This document shows, one piece after another, positions 35,842 to 46,331 of a DNA stretch of 64,000 nucleotides. This DNA comes from Terriglobales bacterium (GTDB taxonomy: Bacteria > Acidobacteriota > Terriglobia > Terriglobales > Acidobacteriaceae), in contig DATMXP010000018.1 of NCBI GenBank assembly GCA_035561515.1, positions 104,681-168,680 on the forward strand, read 5' to 3'. Under the pieces are notes generated by a model that was given only the letters and a program-made list of their open reading frames with translations, ran no database searches and was not told the DNA's origin. How positions within the stretch are numbered: position 1 is the stretch's first letter; the number at the start of each line of letters is the position of its first letter. Both the position numbers and the translations under genes were made by a program.

Positions 35842-37160
35842 TCTGCGGCTACTTCCGCTCCGAAACAAGCTGGGTACTTCCGCTCATGAGGCTTCTTCTC
35901 TTTATAAGAGCGAGCCAGTTCCATGTAGATGCCCAAGTCGCGATCAAGGTCGGACTGAGTGCCGTCGAAGTAGAAATTGCGGATCGGGATGCCGCCGTAG
36001 TCCTTGCTCAGCTTGGGATATATGGCTTCGCTCACGATGCCGTTCATGCAGGTAAAGGGGCTGATGTCGACGATGCCATCGGCGCCGTTTTTGGCCAGCC
36101 ACGCGGCTTTTCCGACGCTCAACACCATCTCTCCAAGTGCGCCGTTGGCGGGAAGATAGGGCCAGGCGAGTTCAAGGACTTCAGCAATGGGTGGCTCTTC
36201 GTACCCGATGAAATCTTCGTGAAAAGGTTTTGCGAGTGTGTGCTCATCTGAGTGCTGCACGTACGCGCGGATCTTTTCCTTGAGCATGCTGAGGGACATT
36301 CCGCGACCGACCATGATGAGCTTCCGGCTGACTTCGTTGTTGGTGTAAGAGATCCACTCGGCGATGTCGCTGAGCCGGGCTTCGGCGCCGTAACCTTCCA
36401 GTTTGCGGACGAGGTCGTCGTTGCTGAAATTGTTCAGGCGACAGAAGATCTCGCCGACGACGCCAATCAGTACGCCATCCGTTGTGTAGTGGGCGGGAAC
36501 CTTACGGAAACGGTCGCTGGCGCGCTCCATGCCTTGGACCAGTTGTTTCATGGCGCAACCGGTGTCTCCACACATGCCCTCGATCACGTGGGACATGTCC
36601 TCGATGGAGTCCCAAAAGGCCTTATCGGCTGCGCCGGGCGTGGTCTCGTACGGACGTGTCTTCAGCAAGGCCTTGCGGAAGATATCGGCAATGACAAGGG
36701 CGCGGAAGGCAGCGCGAACGAAATCACCGCCGAAGTCGCCGAAACCGGCATAGCCGTTCTGGCTAGTTGGCGAGAGTACCTGGACGGTGTCGTGTCCCGA
36801 TTGTTGCAGGATCTTACGGAGGTAAGGAGCGTACTGCCCAAAACGGCATGGACCCTGAGCGGTCGCCATGAATAAGACCGTTTTGGAAGGATCGACCCCG
36901 GGCCGTTCGAGAATGCGGGCGAAGTCTCCCACGGTGATCTTCGCCGGATAACATTCATCACCATTGGTGTACTTGCCGCCCAGTTCGAGCGTGCGCTCGG
37001 TGGAAGGCGGCGTTGGATGAGCGTCGATTCCGAGCCAACGGAAAACGGCACTGAACAACTCGACGCTGCCTTCGGCCATGGCAGGTACGTAAACGGTCTT
37101 TCCGGCGAGCTGATGGTCGGCGCTTATCCGGCGACTGCTGTGGCTGTGGCGGATGGGCAT
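35838..37160 (-). CDS. HAD/BCR-family (DUF2229-type) subunit, second copy (partner of the 1024-aa activase fusion)
   Basis: Cys motifs GDECYPAKI, GPCRFGQY and SPFTCMNG. 37-nt overlap with the upstream gene. Confidence 0.7.
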   Translation of the reverse strand: MPIRHSHSSRRISADHQLAGKTVYVPAMAEGSVELFSAVFRWLGIDAHPTPPSTERTLELGGKYTNGDECYPAKITVGDFARILERPGVDPSKTVLFMATAQGPCRFGQYAPYLRKILQQSGHDTVQVLSPTSQNGYAGFGDFGGDFVRAAFRALVIADIFRKALLKTRPYETTPGAADKAFWDSIEDMSHVIEGMCGDTGCAMKQLVQGMERASDRFRKVPAHYTTDGVLIGVVGEIFCRLNNFSNDDLVRKLEGYGAEARLSDIAEWISYTNNEVSRKLIMVGRGMSLSMLKEKIRAYVQHSDEHTLAKPFHEDFIGYEEPPIAEVLELAWPYLPANGALGEMVLSVGKAAWLAKNGADGIVDISPFTCMNGIVSEAIYPKLSKDYGGIPIRNFYFDGTQSDLDRDLGIYMELARSYKEKKPHERKYPACFGAEVAAD

Positions 37161-40100
37161 CGTAAGAATCCTTTGCTATCGAGATATGCTTCGCAACGGG
37201 TGATGAACCCGGCATCGTTGGCGTGTCCGTCGAATTGCAGGATGAGGCCAGGTTTACCGGCGGCATCGTCGACGAAGGACTTGATGTAGGAATCGGGGCC
37301 GCATTTGAAGTTCGAAATGAACACAAGATGCAGGTTCGGGTTGCGACGCGCGATATTCGCGGCAGCGAGAATCCTGCGGCCGGAATTCCAATACATGTTG
37401 TCGTTGTATTCCGAAATATCCTCATCTTCCAACGGGAGGAAGTCGAGCGGTACAACGTTGACGCCGTATTGGGTCCGCAACTTGCGGGGGATGTCGCAGT
37501 TCACGCTTCGGTCGTAGATGTTGTAAGGGCGGCCAATGAGGATCAGAGCAGGTTCGTCGCTGTTATTGAGAAGCTGCAGTGCTTCGGCGCCTTTCCACAA
37601 GAGCGACTGGGCGAATTGTTTTTGGGCTGCGTAGGCAGAATCTACCGCGCGGTCGCTAACGCGCTTGCTGATTCCCAAGGCTTCCTTCGCATAATGCCCG
37701 AGTTCCTTCTTTACGTGCTCGACGCCGAGTTTGAAATGGACCGTCGGCGCAAGGACGCGGTCAGCGTAAGCTTCCATCTGTGAAGTGGAGCGGACTACGA
37801 ACGGGAGCGTCTGGTTCCACGGACAGAGGAAGGATTCGCTGCCGTCGTTCGGCGACTCCTGATTGACCGTGTTCGGGAGGAAGATGTAGTCGGTACCATT
37901 GTCGACCAGATATTGAACGTGCCCGTGCGCCACCTTAACGGGAAAACAAGGCTGTGCCACAGCCATCTCGTCGCCCACGGCCGATATCTTGCGATCGGTT
38001 TGCGGCGACGTGACCACGTCGAATCCGAGTTCCTGTAAGTAAGCGCACCAGAAGGGGAAGCGGTCGAAGTAGAACATGGTGCGCGGGATACCGATTGTCT
38101 TGCCGCCGCGAGGCGGACGCAGTACTTCCTCGAGGGCCTTATCGCGGAACTCGACCAGATCTTCGATGACGGGGATTCGATCGGTTCGGGCGCGTTTACG
38201 GAACTTGTCGGAACACTTGTCGCCCCAGTAGCTCTTGTTGCCTTCGATCTTGAATTCCTTGATGTCGCAGAAGTTCGAGCAGGCCTGGCAGACGAACTCG
38301 CGGGTAGTGAAGTCCACGCGTTCAAGGTCGTAACCGCGGAACTTGCTGGGCTGGCTCGAGCTCGCCATCTTATCGCGGGCGATAAGGGCCATGCCGATGG
38401 CGCCAATTACGCCGTTGTGCGGCGGGACGATGATCTTCTTATCAAGAATTTGAGAGAAAGCAGCGGCGACAGCATCGTTGTATGCGGTTCCGCCCTGGAA
38501 GAAGATGACATCGCCGATCTTTCTTCCGCGGACGACCCGGTTGAGGTAATTCAACACGACTGAATACGCCAGCCCGGCGGCGAGATCGCCTACTTCCGCG
38601 CCCTTGAGCAACAGGCTGGTGACGTCGCGCTCCATAAACACGGTGCAGCGTTCGCCCAGGCGGGCAGGATTCTTCGAATCAAGTGCCAGCTGAGCGAATT
38701 CGCCCTTGATGGAGATGCCCAGCTTTTCTGCCTGCTCTTCGAGGAAGGATCCGGTTCCGGCGGCACAGGCTTCATTCATGGTGAAGTCGACGACTACACC
38801 CTTGTCGAGGCGAATGAACTTGGAATCCTGTCCGCCGATTTCGAAGATGGTGTCGACGGGCTTCATGCCAAGGATATGACAGACGTGGGTGGAGCCGGTC
38901 TTATGGGCGGTAATTTCGTCGTTGACGGTGTCGGCACCGATGAGTTCGCCGATCAGTTCACGTCCGGAGCCGGTGGTCCCAACGCCGCGAATGTCGAGGC
39001 GGTCGGCTATGAGTTCCTCGATTTCCTGAAGACCCTTTTGAACGACCTCGATGGGACGTCCCTGCGTGCGTAGATAGATTTCGTGGAGAAGATTACCGTG
39101 CTGATCGATGACGACCAGGTTGGTACTGACGGAGCCGATGTCAATTCCCAGATAAGCAGGGACCCTAGTGCCGGCGGGCGGCAGCGGCGGATCTTTCACG
39201 TGATCGCGGAGCATGACGACCTTCTCCATGGAGAGCGGGTCACTGCACGCGAAGTTCTGCTTGCCCGTGTGCTGCTTCAGTTGGTGAATGCGCTTGAAAG
39301 TGCGCTTGCGCCATTCCTCGGATTCGAACATGGCGGCGCCGAGAGCACCCATCCAAGCGTGAAATTGCGGGACGAGAAAGTCGCCATCATTAAGCTTGAA
39401 TGCCTCCTGCATGGCTTTCTTGACCGCCTCGTTTTGCGCAACGCCACCGATGAAAGCGACGGGTGTGGTGACGGCACGTCCCTTCACGATGGCGGACTTG
39501 AAGTTACGCGCGACGGCGTCGCAGAGGCCACGAAGGATCTGGTCCGTGGTGTAGCCCTTCTGCTGGGCGTGAATCATGTCAGACTTGGCGAAGACGGAGC
39601 AGCGACCGGCGACGCGAGCGGCGCAGGAGGCTCCGCAAGCGACAGGACCAACTTCGTCGACCTTATAAAGTAGGCGAGTGGCCTGCTGATCGATGAAGGA
39701 GCCGGTACCCGCAGCGCAGTCACCACTGGAGGAGTAGTCGGTGATTCCGAGATAACGCGACTTGTTGGTGGGCTCGAGGCGGATGTACTTCGACGATTCG
39801 CCTCCCATTTCGAAGACAGTCCGTACTTCGGGATAAAACGTGCGGACACCCTTAGCAACGGCGCGAAACTCGTTCTCGAAATAGATGCCGAGGATTTTGG
39901 CGATCAACTGGCTGCCGGATCCGGTGACACGAATGCCTTCCACGGTCTCTTCGGGAACGTGCTCATACAGTTCGCGAAGGAGGTCGAAGGTGGACTGAAT
40001 CGGACTCCCCTGGATGCGACGGTATTTCGAGAGCACCAGTGGCCGTTCAGAGAAATCGGTGTTGGCGGGAAATGCAGCAGGGAAGAATTCTTTGTTTGCC

Positions 40101-40198
40101 TGGGTGAGCCGGCGAATGGCGGGCACATCTTCAGGCGTTCCCATGGCCGCCAGTTTCAAACTGACAGCTCCTATGTCTAATCCGATATTAATGCTCAT
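37124..40198 (-). CDS. Fusion protein: two BcrAD/BadFG ATPase domains + Cys-rich linker + DUF2229 module, second copy (PlsA-like)
   Basis: GLDIGAVSLKL and GIDIGSVSTNLV. GDCAAGTG/GRCSVFAKS and EACAAGTG/ERCTVFMER. Linker VCQACSNFC...DKCSDKF. C-terminal QPCFPVK, FLCPWN and FKCGPD. Confidence 0.8.
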   Translation of the reverse strand: MSINIGLDIGAVSLKLAAMGTPEDVPAIRRLTQANKEFFPAAFPANTDFSERPLVLSKYRRIQGSPIQSTFDLLRELYEHVPEETVEGIRVTGSGSQLIAKILGIYFENEFRAVAKGVRTFYPEVRTVFEMGGESSKYIRLEPTNKSRYLGITDYSSSGDCAAGTGSFIDQQATRLLYKVDEVGPVACGASCAARVAGRCSVFAKSDMIHAQQKGYTTDQILRGLCDAVARNFKSAIVKGRAVTTPVAFIGGVAQNEAVKKAMQEAFKLNDGDFLVPQFHAWMGALGAAMFESEEWRKRTFKRIHQLKQHTGKQNFACSDPLSMEKVVMLRDHVKDPPLPPAGTRVPAYLGIDIGSVSTNLVVIDQHGNLLHEIYLRTQGRPIEVVQKGLQEIEELIADRLDIRGVGTTGSGRELIGELIGADTVNDEITAHKTGSTHVCHILGMKPVDTIFEIGGQDSKFIRLDKGVVVDFTMNEACAAGTGSFLEEQAEKLGISIKGEFAQLALDSKNPARLGERCTVFMERDVTSLLLKGAEVGDLAAGLAYSVVLNYLNRVVRGRKIGDVIFFQGGTAYNDAVAAAFSQILDKKIIVPPHNGVIGAIGMALIARDKMASSSQPSKFRGYDLERVDFTTREFVCQACSNFCDIKEFKIEGNKSYWGDKCSDKFRKRARTDRIPVIEDLVEFRDKALEEVLRPPRGGKTIGIPRTMFYFDRFPFWCAYLQELGFDVVTSPQTDRKISAVGDEMAVAQPCFPVKVAHGHVQYLVDNGTDYIFLPNTVNQESPNDGSESFLCPWNQTLPFVVRSTSQMEAYADRVLAPTVHFKLGVEHVKKELGHYAKEALGISKRVSDRAVDSAYAAQKQFAQSLLWKGAEALQLLNNSDEPALILIGRPYNIYDRSVNCDIPRKLRTQYGVNVVPLDFLPLEDEDISEYNDNMYWNSGRRILAAANIARRNPNLHLVFISNFKCGPDSYIKSFVDDAAGKPGLILQFDGHANDAGFITRCEAYLDSKGFLRCPSATATAVAG

Positions 40199-40628
40199 AA
40201 GGGCTCAACCGGATTTAAGAGACATATGTCTTAGGGGTCTGTGACATAGAGCACGAGCGGGTGTGAGCACGTTATCGACGTCGTGAAGGGAAGCAATTGA
40301 ACGGCATAGAACCAACATTCATTGGTGTAAAACGGCTGGTGAATGGGGACACCGAGCGGATGGTGCGAAGGAAAAAATATTTGCGGAAATCGCTGTTGTG
40401 GTGCCGTAAAGGACGCATGAGACGCGGGGAAGCGCTTGCGAATTGATGGCACTCCAGATGGCAAACGAGCCGCAAAAGCAATCGGCGAGAGTAGTTATCA
40501 GTCAAACGATTTGCCTTCCATGAAAGTGAAGGTACCAACGTAAATATCTGCATCCCTTGCGTTTAGCGATACGATTTCAGCAACGGACTTCAGGGGGAGA
40601 TTTGCGAAACCAGATTCTTCGATATTCC

Positions 40629-41249
40629 ATGGCGAACATGCTTGTGTTGTCGATGCTGAGCTATTGCTCCGCGTCGACGGTAGGCATGCTTTACGTAAAG
40701 GGAGATGTGCAGGTCGACGGCATAGCCGTGAAGGATTCCCTGGCGGTTACCGCTGGATCGGTGATTAAGGTAGCGGACAACGGGACGGCGAATCTGAAAA
40801 TAAACTCCACCTCTATTTATGCGGTTAAGAATACGAGTTTTCGTTACAGCAATCCCTTCGAACTTGTGCTGGATAGTGGCGGGTTATTCGTGAACACGGA
40901 TGAGCAGGTGCAGACGAACCTGGGTAACTGCGGTTCGGTGGCTCCGGTAAACGTCGGTTCAGCGGGCAAGTTCACGAAATACGAGATACAGGTGGAGGGC
41001 AGCAAGGGTTATGTGTACGCCCGTGAACTGCCGGTGACGGTGAAAGCCGGAGGCAAGGTGATCGAGCTACAGAGTGGGACGGTGGCGGTCATAGAAGGGT
41101 TTGGCAATCCGAATTGCACCGCAATGTATTACGATTCGATGGAAAAGCTTCCTGAGTCGGCCAAGGCAATTTTGATTGGTTCCTACACAGCGGCGATCGT
41201 CTTCGCGGCTTATCCCTACGATCAGGCGATCAGCGCCTCGAAGCCCTAG
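40629..41249 (+). CDS. Hypothetical exported protein with a C-terminal anchor; possible FecR-like beta-sandwich
   Basis: A hydrophobic N-terminus, beta-rich segments (YVKGDVQVDG...AGSVIKVADNGTANLKI), and C-terminal helix AILIGSYTAAIVFAAYPY. The start is uncertain (TTG 40557 vs ATG 40629). Confidence 0.4.
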   Translation: MANMLVLSMLSYCSASTVGMLYVKGDVQVDGIAVKDSLAVTAGSVIKVADNGTANLKINSTSIYAVKNTSFRYSNPFELVLDSGGLFVNTDEQVQTNLGNCGSVAPVNVGSAGKFTKYEIQVEGSKGYVYARELPVTVKAGGKVIELQSGTVAVIEGFGNPNCTAMYYDSMEKLPESAKAILIGSYTAAIVFAAYPYDQAISASKP

Positions 41250-41298
41250 TTATTCCTTCTAAAATGAGTTTTTCGCCTGCACCGAAAAGGCGGCAGGT

Positions 41299-41324
41299 GG
41301 AACTATGTCCGGTGTTTTCACGTA
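41299..41324 (+). promoter_or_regulatory. Candidate ECF-type promoter (GGAAC-N17-CGTA) upstream of the sigma factor gene
   Basis: The AAC...CGT spacing fits ECF autoregulated promoters. It is a single occurrence and I could not compare it with other promoters. Confidence 0.3.
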
Positions 41325-41373
41325 CTTTCTAGCAGGCACTCGTTAATAATTCTCCGTTTCGAGAGTCATCGTT

Positions 41374-41937
41374 ATGAAAGCTGAACCCGGAGGTCGAATG
41401 GCGGCCGCCTGCGACTCAATTACGACTACCCAAGCGTCCATGATGCTCGAGCAACTGTTCTGGAACCATCACAAACGCGTGCTGCGTGCCGCTTACCGGA
41501 TCACCGGTAACATGGCCGATGCCGAAGATGTGGTGCAGTCGGTATTCATCCGGCTAGCCAGCGCAGGGCAGGACCAGATCGAAAACGCAGAGAGCTATCT
41601 GTATCGCGCAGCGATCAACGGAGCGCTGGATGTAATCCGGCGGCGCAAGGGCGAGATGGAGTTGGAATCGGCGTCGGAGTTGGCGTCGGTTTCGCCGCAC
41701 TTTTCTCCGGAACGTCAACTGAATAGGCAAGAACTGCAGTCCTGGCTGAGGAAGGCATTGGCTGGGCTGAGTCCAGTGGCGGCGGAGATGTTTGTTCTCC
41801 GGTTCATTGAAGAGAAGGACAACGGTGAGATTGCCCGCATTGTAGGGACGTCGCGGGCGGTCGTTGCCGTAAGGCTGCACCAAGTCCGGGCGAAGCTGAA
41901 GAAAGACTTTCAGCGTTTCATGCGAGGCGAACGATGA
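41374..41937 (+). CDS. ECF (sigma-70 family) RNA polymerase sigma factor
   Basis: Region 2 is VLRAAYRITGNMADAEDVVQSVFIRL...YLYRAAINGALDVIRRR. Region 4 is AAEMFVLRFIEEKDNGEIARIVGTSRAVVAVRLHQVRAKL. Confidence 0.85.
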   Translation: MKAEPGGRMAAACDSITTTQASMMLEQLFWNHHKRVLRAAYRITGNMADAEDVVQSVFIRLASAGQDQIENAESYLYRAAINGALDVIRRRKGEMELESASELASVSPHFSPERQLNRQELQSWLRKALAGLSPVAAEMFVLRFIEEKDNGEIARIVGTSRAVVAVRLHQVRAKLKKDFQRFMRGER

Positions 41938-44507
41938 ACGGGACTAATAAAGATAGGCAAGATCTGGATGCGGCGATCAACGCGATGCGGAACGATCAGC
42001 CGACTGATGAGCAAGTAAACAGCGCCACAGGCCGCCTGTGGCAGAAGATGCAGTCGGCGGAGGTTGAAGCGCCGGAGATTATCCATGGCTGCGAGGACGT
42101 GGTGCGCTTGCTTCCGGCGTACGCGAACCGAGCGCTTTCCGGGCAGCGCATGCTGCTGGTGGAAGCACATCTTCGCGATTGCGTTTCCTGCAGGCGGAAA
42201 GCCGAAGGCCGCGAGAGCGCGCAGGTGCTGAAGTGGGCTCCGGTGGAGTCTGCTAAAACGTCGGCGGCATGGCCACGCTGGGCACTGGCTGCGGCAGTAG
42301 TGATCTTCGCGGTGCTAGGTTTCTACGTCAACAACGCGTACTTCGCAGTGCCCGCAGGAGCGCGCGGCACGTTGCAGTCACTTGAAGGAACAGCATTCCT
42401 GGTGACCCCGAACGGAGATCGCGTTGTAACGGCGGGGCAGGTGCTGAATGAGGGTGACGTTCTGCGGACGGCTTCGGATTCCCACGCGTATGTGAGATTG
42501 AGCGATGGGTCGCTGGTGGAAGTCCGGGAGCGGAGCGAATTGGCGGTGAAGGCGCGTGGAAGGGACACGACGATTGCACTCGATCGTGGGGCCGTGATCA
42601 TCCAAGCGGCAAAGCGAGACTCGGGACACTTGTATGTAAAGACGCCCGATTCTCGTGTAGCTGTCACCGGCACTGTGTTTTCCGTGAATGCCGGCGTGAA
42701 GGGAACCCGTGTGTTCGTGGTTGAAGGCGCCGTTGAAGTGCAACATGGTGGGAGTGACGATTTGTTGCACGCGGGTGATCAGGTCGCTACGGGCGAGAAC
42801 ATGGCCAATGTTTCCGCGGCTTCGGAACTCGCCTGGAGCAAGGATCTCTCGAAGCACCTGGAACTGCTGGCGCAATTTAAGCAGCTCGAGAAGAAACTCG
42901 AACAGGTAACTCTGCCAGCTCCCCGATACGAAAGTCGATTGCTGGGGAGAATGCCAGCCGATGCGGTGATCTATGCAAGTCTTCCTAATGCCGGACAGGC
43001 GCTGGAAGACGCGAACAGAATCTTCCAGGACCAGATCGAGCAGAGCGCGGCGCTTCGTGAGTGGTTTACTCACGGCGATGCGCACGCGGCGGCGAAGATG
43101 AACGAAACCATCGCGAAGATTCGGGCCTTGAGCGACTATCTGGGGAACGAAGTGGTGGTGGTCGGTTTCGGTGGGCCGGAATCGGGTATGGCAATCGTGG
43201 CTGAAGTGGAGCGCCCGGGCTTGCGTGAATTCCTGCAATCACAGTTCAAAAGCTCCGACGGCCAACCTGACATGCTTGTGATCGACGAGGCGCAGCTTGG
43301 GACGGTACCTGCGGGCTATCGAGGACTGATTGCATTGATCCGGCAGAACGAGGTTGTGTTCTCCGGCAATCACGGCAATGCCCTGGCGAAAGTGAATGCG
43401 CAGTTGAATTCAAGTGCAGCGGGACTGGACAAGACCGCATTCGGGCAACGGTTACTGGAAGCTTACAACCGTGGCGCGGGGTTCGTATTCGCAGCCGACC
43501 TGAAGACGCTGATCGCCGAGAAGAAAGCCCGGCACGTGAAGCAGGGGCGGCCACAGGTGGCGATGGCGAGAACCGGGCTCGAAAATATGCGTTACCTGGT
43601 GCTTGAACACCGCGAACTGAACCAAGTTCCCGAGAACCGTATGGTGCTGGACTTTGCAGGCCAGCGTTATGGAGTTCCTTCGTGGCTCGCAGCGCCGGCA
43701 CCGATGGGGTCACTTGAGTTCGTCTCGCGGAATGCTTCGGTCGCGATCGCATTGCTGGCGAAAGATCCGCAAGCGATTATGACGGATATCTTCAGCATGG
43801 GTGGCAATCCGGCGAAACAGCAGGCGCACCTCGCTGAGGCGGAGTCCAAACTCAGGCTGCGTATTCGGGAAGACCTGGCCGCACACTTCGGCGGTGATAT
43901 TGTGTTCGCGCTGGATGGGCCGGTGCTTCCGATGCCATCCTGGAAGCTGGTTATCGAAGTTCATGATGCCGCCAGACTGCAGGCTTCGCTGGAAACGCTG
44001 GTGGGTAGCTTCAACCAGGAGGCACAACAGCATGGGAAGCCGGGGCTGGACCTGAAGGCTGAAGATGTGAACGGCCAAAGGTACTACACTCTGCAGCCGA
44101 GGAGCACGAAAGCCAAGCCCTTCTACTACACCTACAGTGCTGGATACATGATTGCGGGTCCGGATCGCGCGACCGTGATGAATACCCTGCGAGTTCGTGC
44201 AACCGGGGATTCTTTGGCGAGATCAGGCGAGTTCAAGGCGCTGTTGCCGAAGGACGAAAACGCCAACTATTCCGTGATTGCGTACCAGAACCTGGCTCCG
44301 ATTTTGCAGCCGCTGACGTCGGTGGTTAACGGCCAGCAAGCTAAGGTGTTACAGGAATTGGCAGCCGATTCACGGCCGAGCGTAATCTGCGGATGGGGAA
44401 GAGAGAATCAGATCGAGGCCATTACGAACAGCCGGTTCATCGGCTTTGACTGGCTGGCTCTCACTTCCTTGTTTTCCAAAGGAACAACTAACAGGCAAAC
44501 TCCGTAA
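41934..44507 (+). CDS. Anti-sigma factor: zf-HC2 (ZAS) motif + TM helix + FecR domain + large (about 550 aa) extracytoplasmic domain
   Basis: HLRDCVSC (HxxxCxxC), [18 protein letters not shown], and FecR motifs [24 protein letters not shown]...[10 protein letters not shown]...[12 protein letters not shown] coupling to the sigma gene. Confidence 0.75.
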   Translation: MNGTNKDRQDLDAAINAMRNDQPTDEQVNSATGRLWQKMQSAEVEAPEIIHGCEDVVRLLPAYANRALSGQRMLLVEAHLRDCVSCRRKAEGRESAQVLKWAPVESAKTSAAWPRWALAAAVVIFAVLGFYVNNAYFAVPAGARGTLQSLEGTAFLVTPNGDRVVTAGQVLNEGDVLRTASDSHAYVRLSDGSLVEVRERSELAVKARGRDTTIALDRGAVIIQAAKRDSGHLYVKTPDSRVAVTGTVFSVNAGVKGTRVFVVEGAVEVQHGGSDDLLHAGDQVATGENMANVSAASELAWSKDLSKHLELLAQFKQLEKKLEQVTLPAPRYESRLLGRMPADAVIYASLPNAGQALEDANRIFQDQIEQSAALREWFTHGDAHAAAKMNETIAKIRALSDYLGNEVVVVGFGGPESGMAIVAEVERPGLREFLQSQFKSSDGQPDMLVIDEAQLGTVPAGYRGLIALIRQNEVVFSGNHGNALAKVNAQLNSSAAGLDKTAFGQRLLEAYNRGAGFVFAADLKTLIAEKKARHVKQGRPQVAMARTGLENMRYLVLEHRELNQVPENRMVLDFAGQRYGVPSWLAAPAPMGSLEFVSRNASVAIALLAKDPQAIMTDIFSMGGNPAKQQAHLAEAESKLRLRIREDLAAHFGGDIVFALDGPVLPMPSWKLVIEVHDAARLQASLETLVGSFNQEAQQHGKPGLDLKAEDVNGQRYYTLQPRSTKAKPFYYTYSAGYMIAGPDRATVMNTLRVRATGDSLARSGEFKALLPKDENANYSVIAYQNLAPILQPLTSVVNGQQAKVLQELAADSRPSVICGWGRENQIEAITNSRFIGFDWLALTSLFSKGTTNRQTP

Positions 44508-44515
44508 ATATATAC

Positions 44516-45454
44516 ATGGCGGTCATTGAATTAAACGGGTTGGAAGTTCGGCTTGGGGGCCGGGTGGTTCTGGACGCGCTGCATGGTGAGCTAGCGGGAC
44601 GCGCCATAGGACTGCTCGGCCCTAACGGATCTGGCAAGTCCACCCTGATCAACACCCTGCTAGGATTCCATGCGCCGTCTGCCGGGACGGCACGAGTCTT
44701 TGAGCACGATATCCGAGCCGAAAGCCGAAAGATCCGATCGCTCGTGGGCTACATGGCCGAGAACGATTCGTTCATCGGCAACATGAGCGGCATCCACTTC
44801 GTGCGATACATGGCTGAACTTGCGGGAATTCCGGCGGAGCATGCGCTGGAGCGCGCGCACGAAGCGATGTTCTACGTGGGACTCGGCGAAGTGCGATACC
44901 GGCTGATTAACACCTATTCTCTGGGCATGAAGCAACTGGTGAAACTGGCCCAGGCGCTGGTGCATGGTCCGCGACTGCTCATCCTGGATGAGCCGACGAA
45001 CGGGCTGGATCCGGTGGCTCGGCAGAGAATGATCCAATTGATCCGCGAAGTACGGGACAGTGGACATACAAGCCTGCTGATTTCTTCGCACCTGCTGCGA
45101 GATGTGGACGAGACCTGCGATGAGGTACTCATCCTGAAGACCGGGCGAGTGGCTTCGATCTGCAACCTGGAAGAAGAGCGGCGGGCGAACCGGCGGTTCA
45201 TTGAGTTAGAAACGGTTTCGGCGAAAGAAGAGTTCGGCGTCGCGGTTCGCCAGTTAGGCTGCGAGTGCGCATCGTTTCCGGGGGGCCGTTGGAAGCTGGT
45301 GATGCCGGAGAACGTAGAGATTCGCGATTTGTACCGGATCGCAGCGCAGCAGGGAGTACAGATACGCAGGATGAATTACCGTCGCGATTCACTCGAAGAC
45401 ATCTTCCTCACTGCGATGGACAGCAAATTGGGGGTGGCTCGTGTCGGTGTATAA
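44516..45454 (+). CDS. ABC transporter ATP-binding protein (ABC-2 subfamily type)
   Basis: [10 protein letters not shown], signature variant YSLGMKQLV, and [11 protein letters not shown]. Confidence 0.9.
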   Translation: MAVIELNGLEVRLGGRVVLDALHGELAGRAIGLLGPNGSGKSTLINTLLGFHAPSAGTARVFEHDIRAESRKIRSLVGYMAENDSFIGNMSGIHFVRYMAELAGIPAEHALERAHEAMFYVGLGEVRYRLINTYSLGMKQLVKLAQALVHGPRLLILDEPTNGLDPVARQRMIQLIREVRDSGHTSLLISSHLLRDVDETCDEVLILKTGRVASICNLEEERRANRRFIELETVSAKEEFGVAVRQLGCECASFPGGRWKLVMPENVEIRDLYRIAAQQGVQIRRMNYRRDSLEDIFLTAMDSKLGVARVGV

Positions 45455-46331
45455 GCGAACTTATCGACCCTACACGGGAAGGCTCACGACCGATGTCACG
45501 CGCTTCGGCGTTCTGGTGCGATACGGACTCGCGGATATCTGGTCGTCGCGGATCACCAATGTTTTGTTCGTTGTCTGCATGCTGCCGACGGTGATTGCGA
45601 TCGCGGTCATCTACATCATGAATAACGACGCAGTGCGACTGCTGCTGGCGGGACAGGGCGGATCAGGTGCGGCACTGAATGTCACCATCAACGAGCAGTA
45701 CTTTTTCGTGATCATGCAGTTTCAGTGTTGGCTCGGAATGGCGCTGACGGCTTGGGTGGCTCCGAGGCTGATCTCAGCCGACATGTCGAACAATGCACTG
45801 CCGACGATCTTCAGCCATCCGATCTCAAGACTGGAATATGTGCTGGCTAAGATGACGGTGTTGGGCGGATTGCTCTCGGCCATCACGTGGGTACCGTTGC
45901 TGCTGCTGTTCGGGTTTCAGTCGTTCATGAGCGCGACGCCATGGGCCAGTTCGCACTGGCATCTGGCGACCGGAGCTTTCATGGGCTCGCTCGTTTGGAT
46001 CCTGCTGTTGTGCCTGTTGGCGTTGGCGGTGGCATCGTGGGTGAAATGGAGGATCGTCGCAACAGGCCTGGTGTTTGCGTCGATGCTGATTCCTGGCGGC
46101 ATGGGCGCGGTGTTCAATGCAGTGATGCGGACGAATCTGGGAACGCTGGTGAATATTCCGCAACTGATGTCCTCCATCTGGAGGCAGTTGTTGCATGTGG
46201 TACTGCCGCAGTTCGCAACGCGAAATGAACTGCCGCTATTCGCATCCTTGCTGGCGGTGACAGCGATGTGCGTGGGATGCGGGTTTGCGCTGAATGCGCG
46301 GATTCGAGCCCGTGAGGTGGTGCGGGGATGA
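45441..46331 (+). CDS. ABC-2-like permease / polytopic membrane protein
   Basis: GTG start with upstream GGGGGTGG. About 6 hydrophobic helices. 14-nt overlap with the preceding ATPase gene. Confidence 0.65.
   Translation: MSVYKRTYRPYTGRLTTDVTRFGVLVRYGLADIWSSRITNVLFVVCMLPTVIAIAVIYIMNNDAVRLLLAGQGGSGAALNVTINEQYFFVIMQFQCWLGMALTAWVAPRLISADMSNNALPTIFSHPISRLEYVLAKMTVLGGLLSAITWVPLLLLFGFQSFMSATPWASSHWHLATGAFMGSLVWILLLCLLALAVASWVKWRIVATGLVFASMLIPGGMGAVFNAVMRTNLGTLVNIPQLMSSIWRQLLHVVLPQFATRNELPLFASLLAVTAMCVGCGFALNARIRAREVVRG

Noticed and set aside
37124-37160. The 37-nt overlap between the set-2 genes, considered as a frameshift splitting an originally single fused gene
   Set aside because: Both proteins end and start at natural domain boundaries: FKCGPD...TRCEAYL ends the first, and the second begins just before GKTVYVP. 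Set 1 is also split at the equivalent boundary. No homology appears to continue across the frames.
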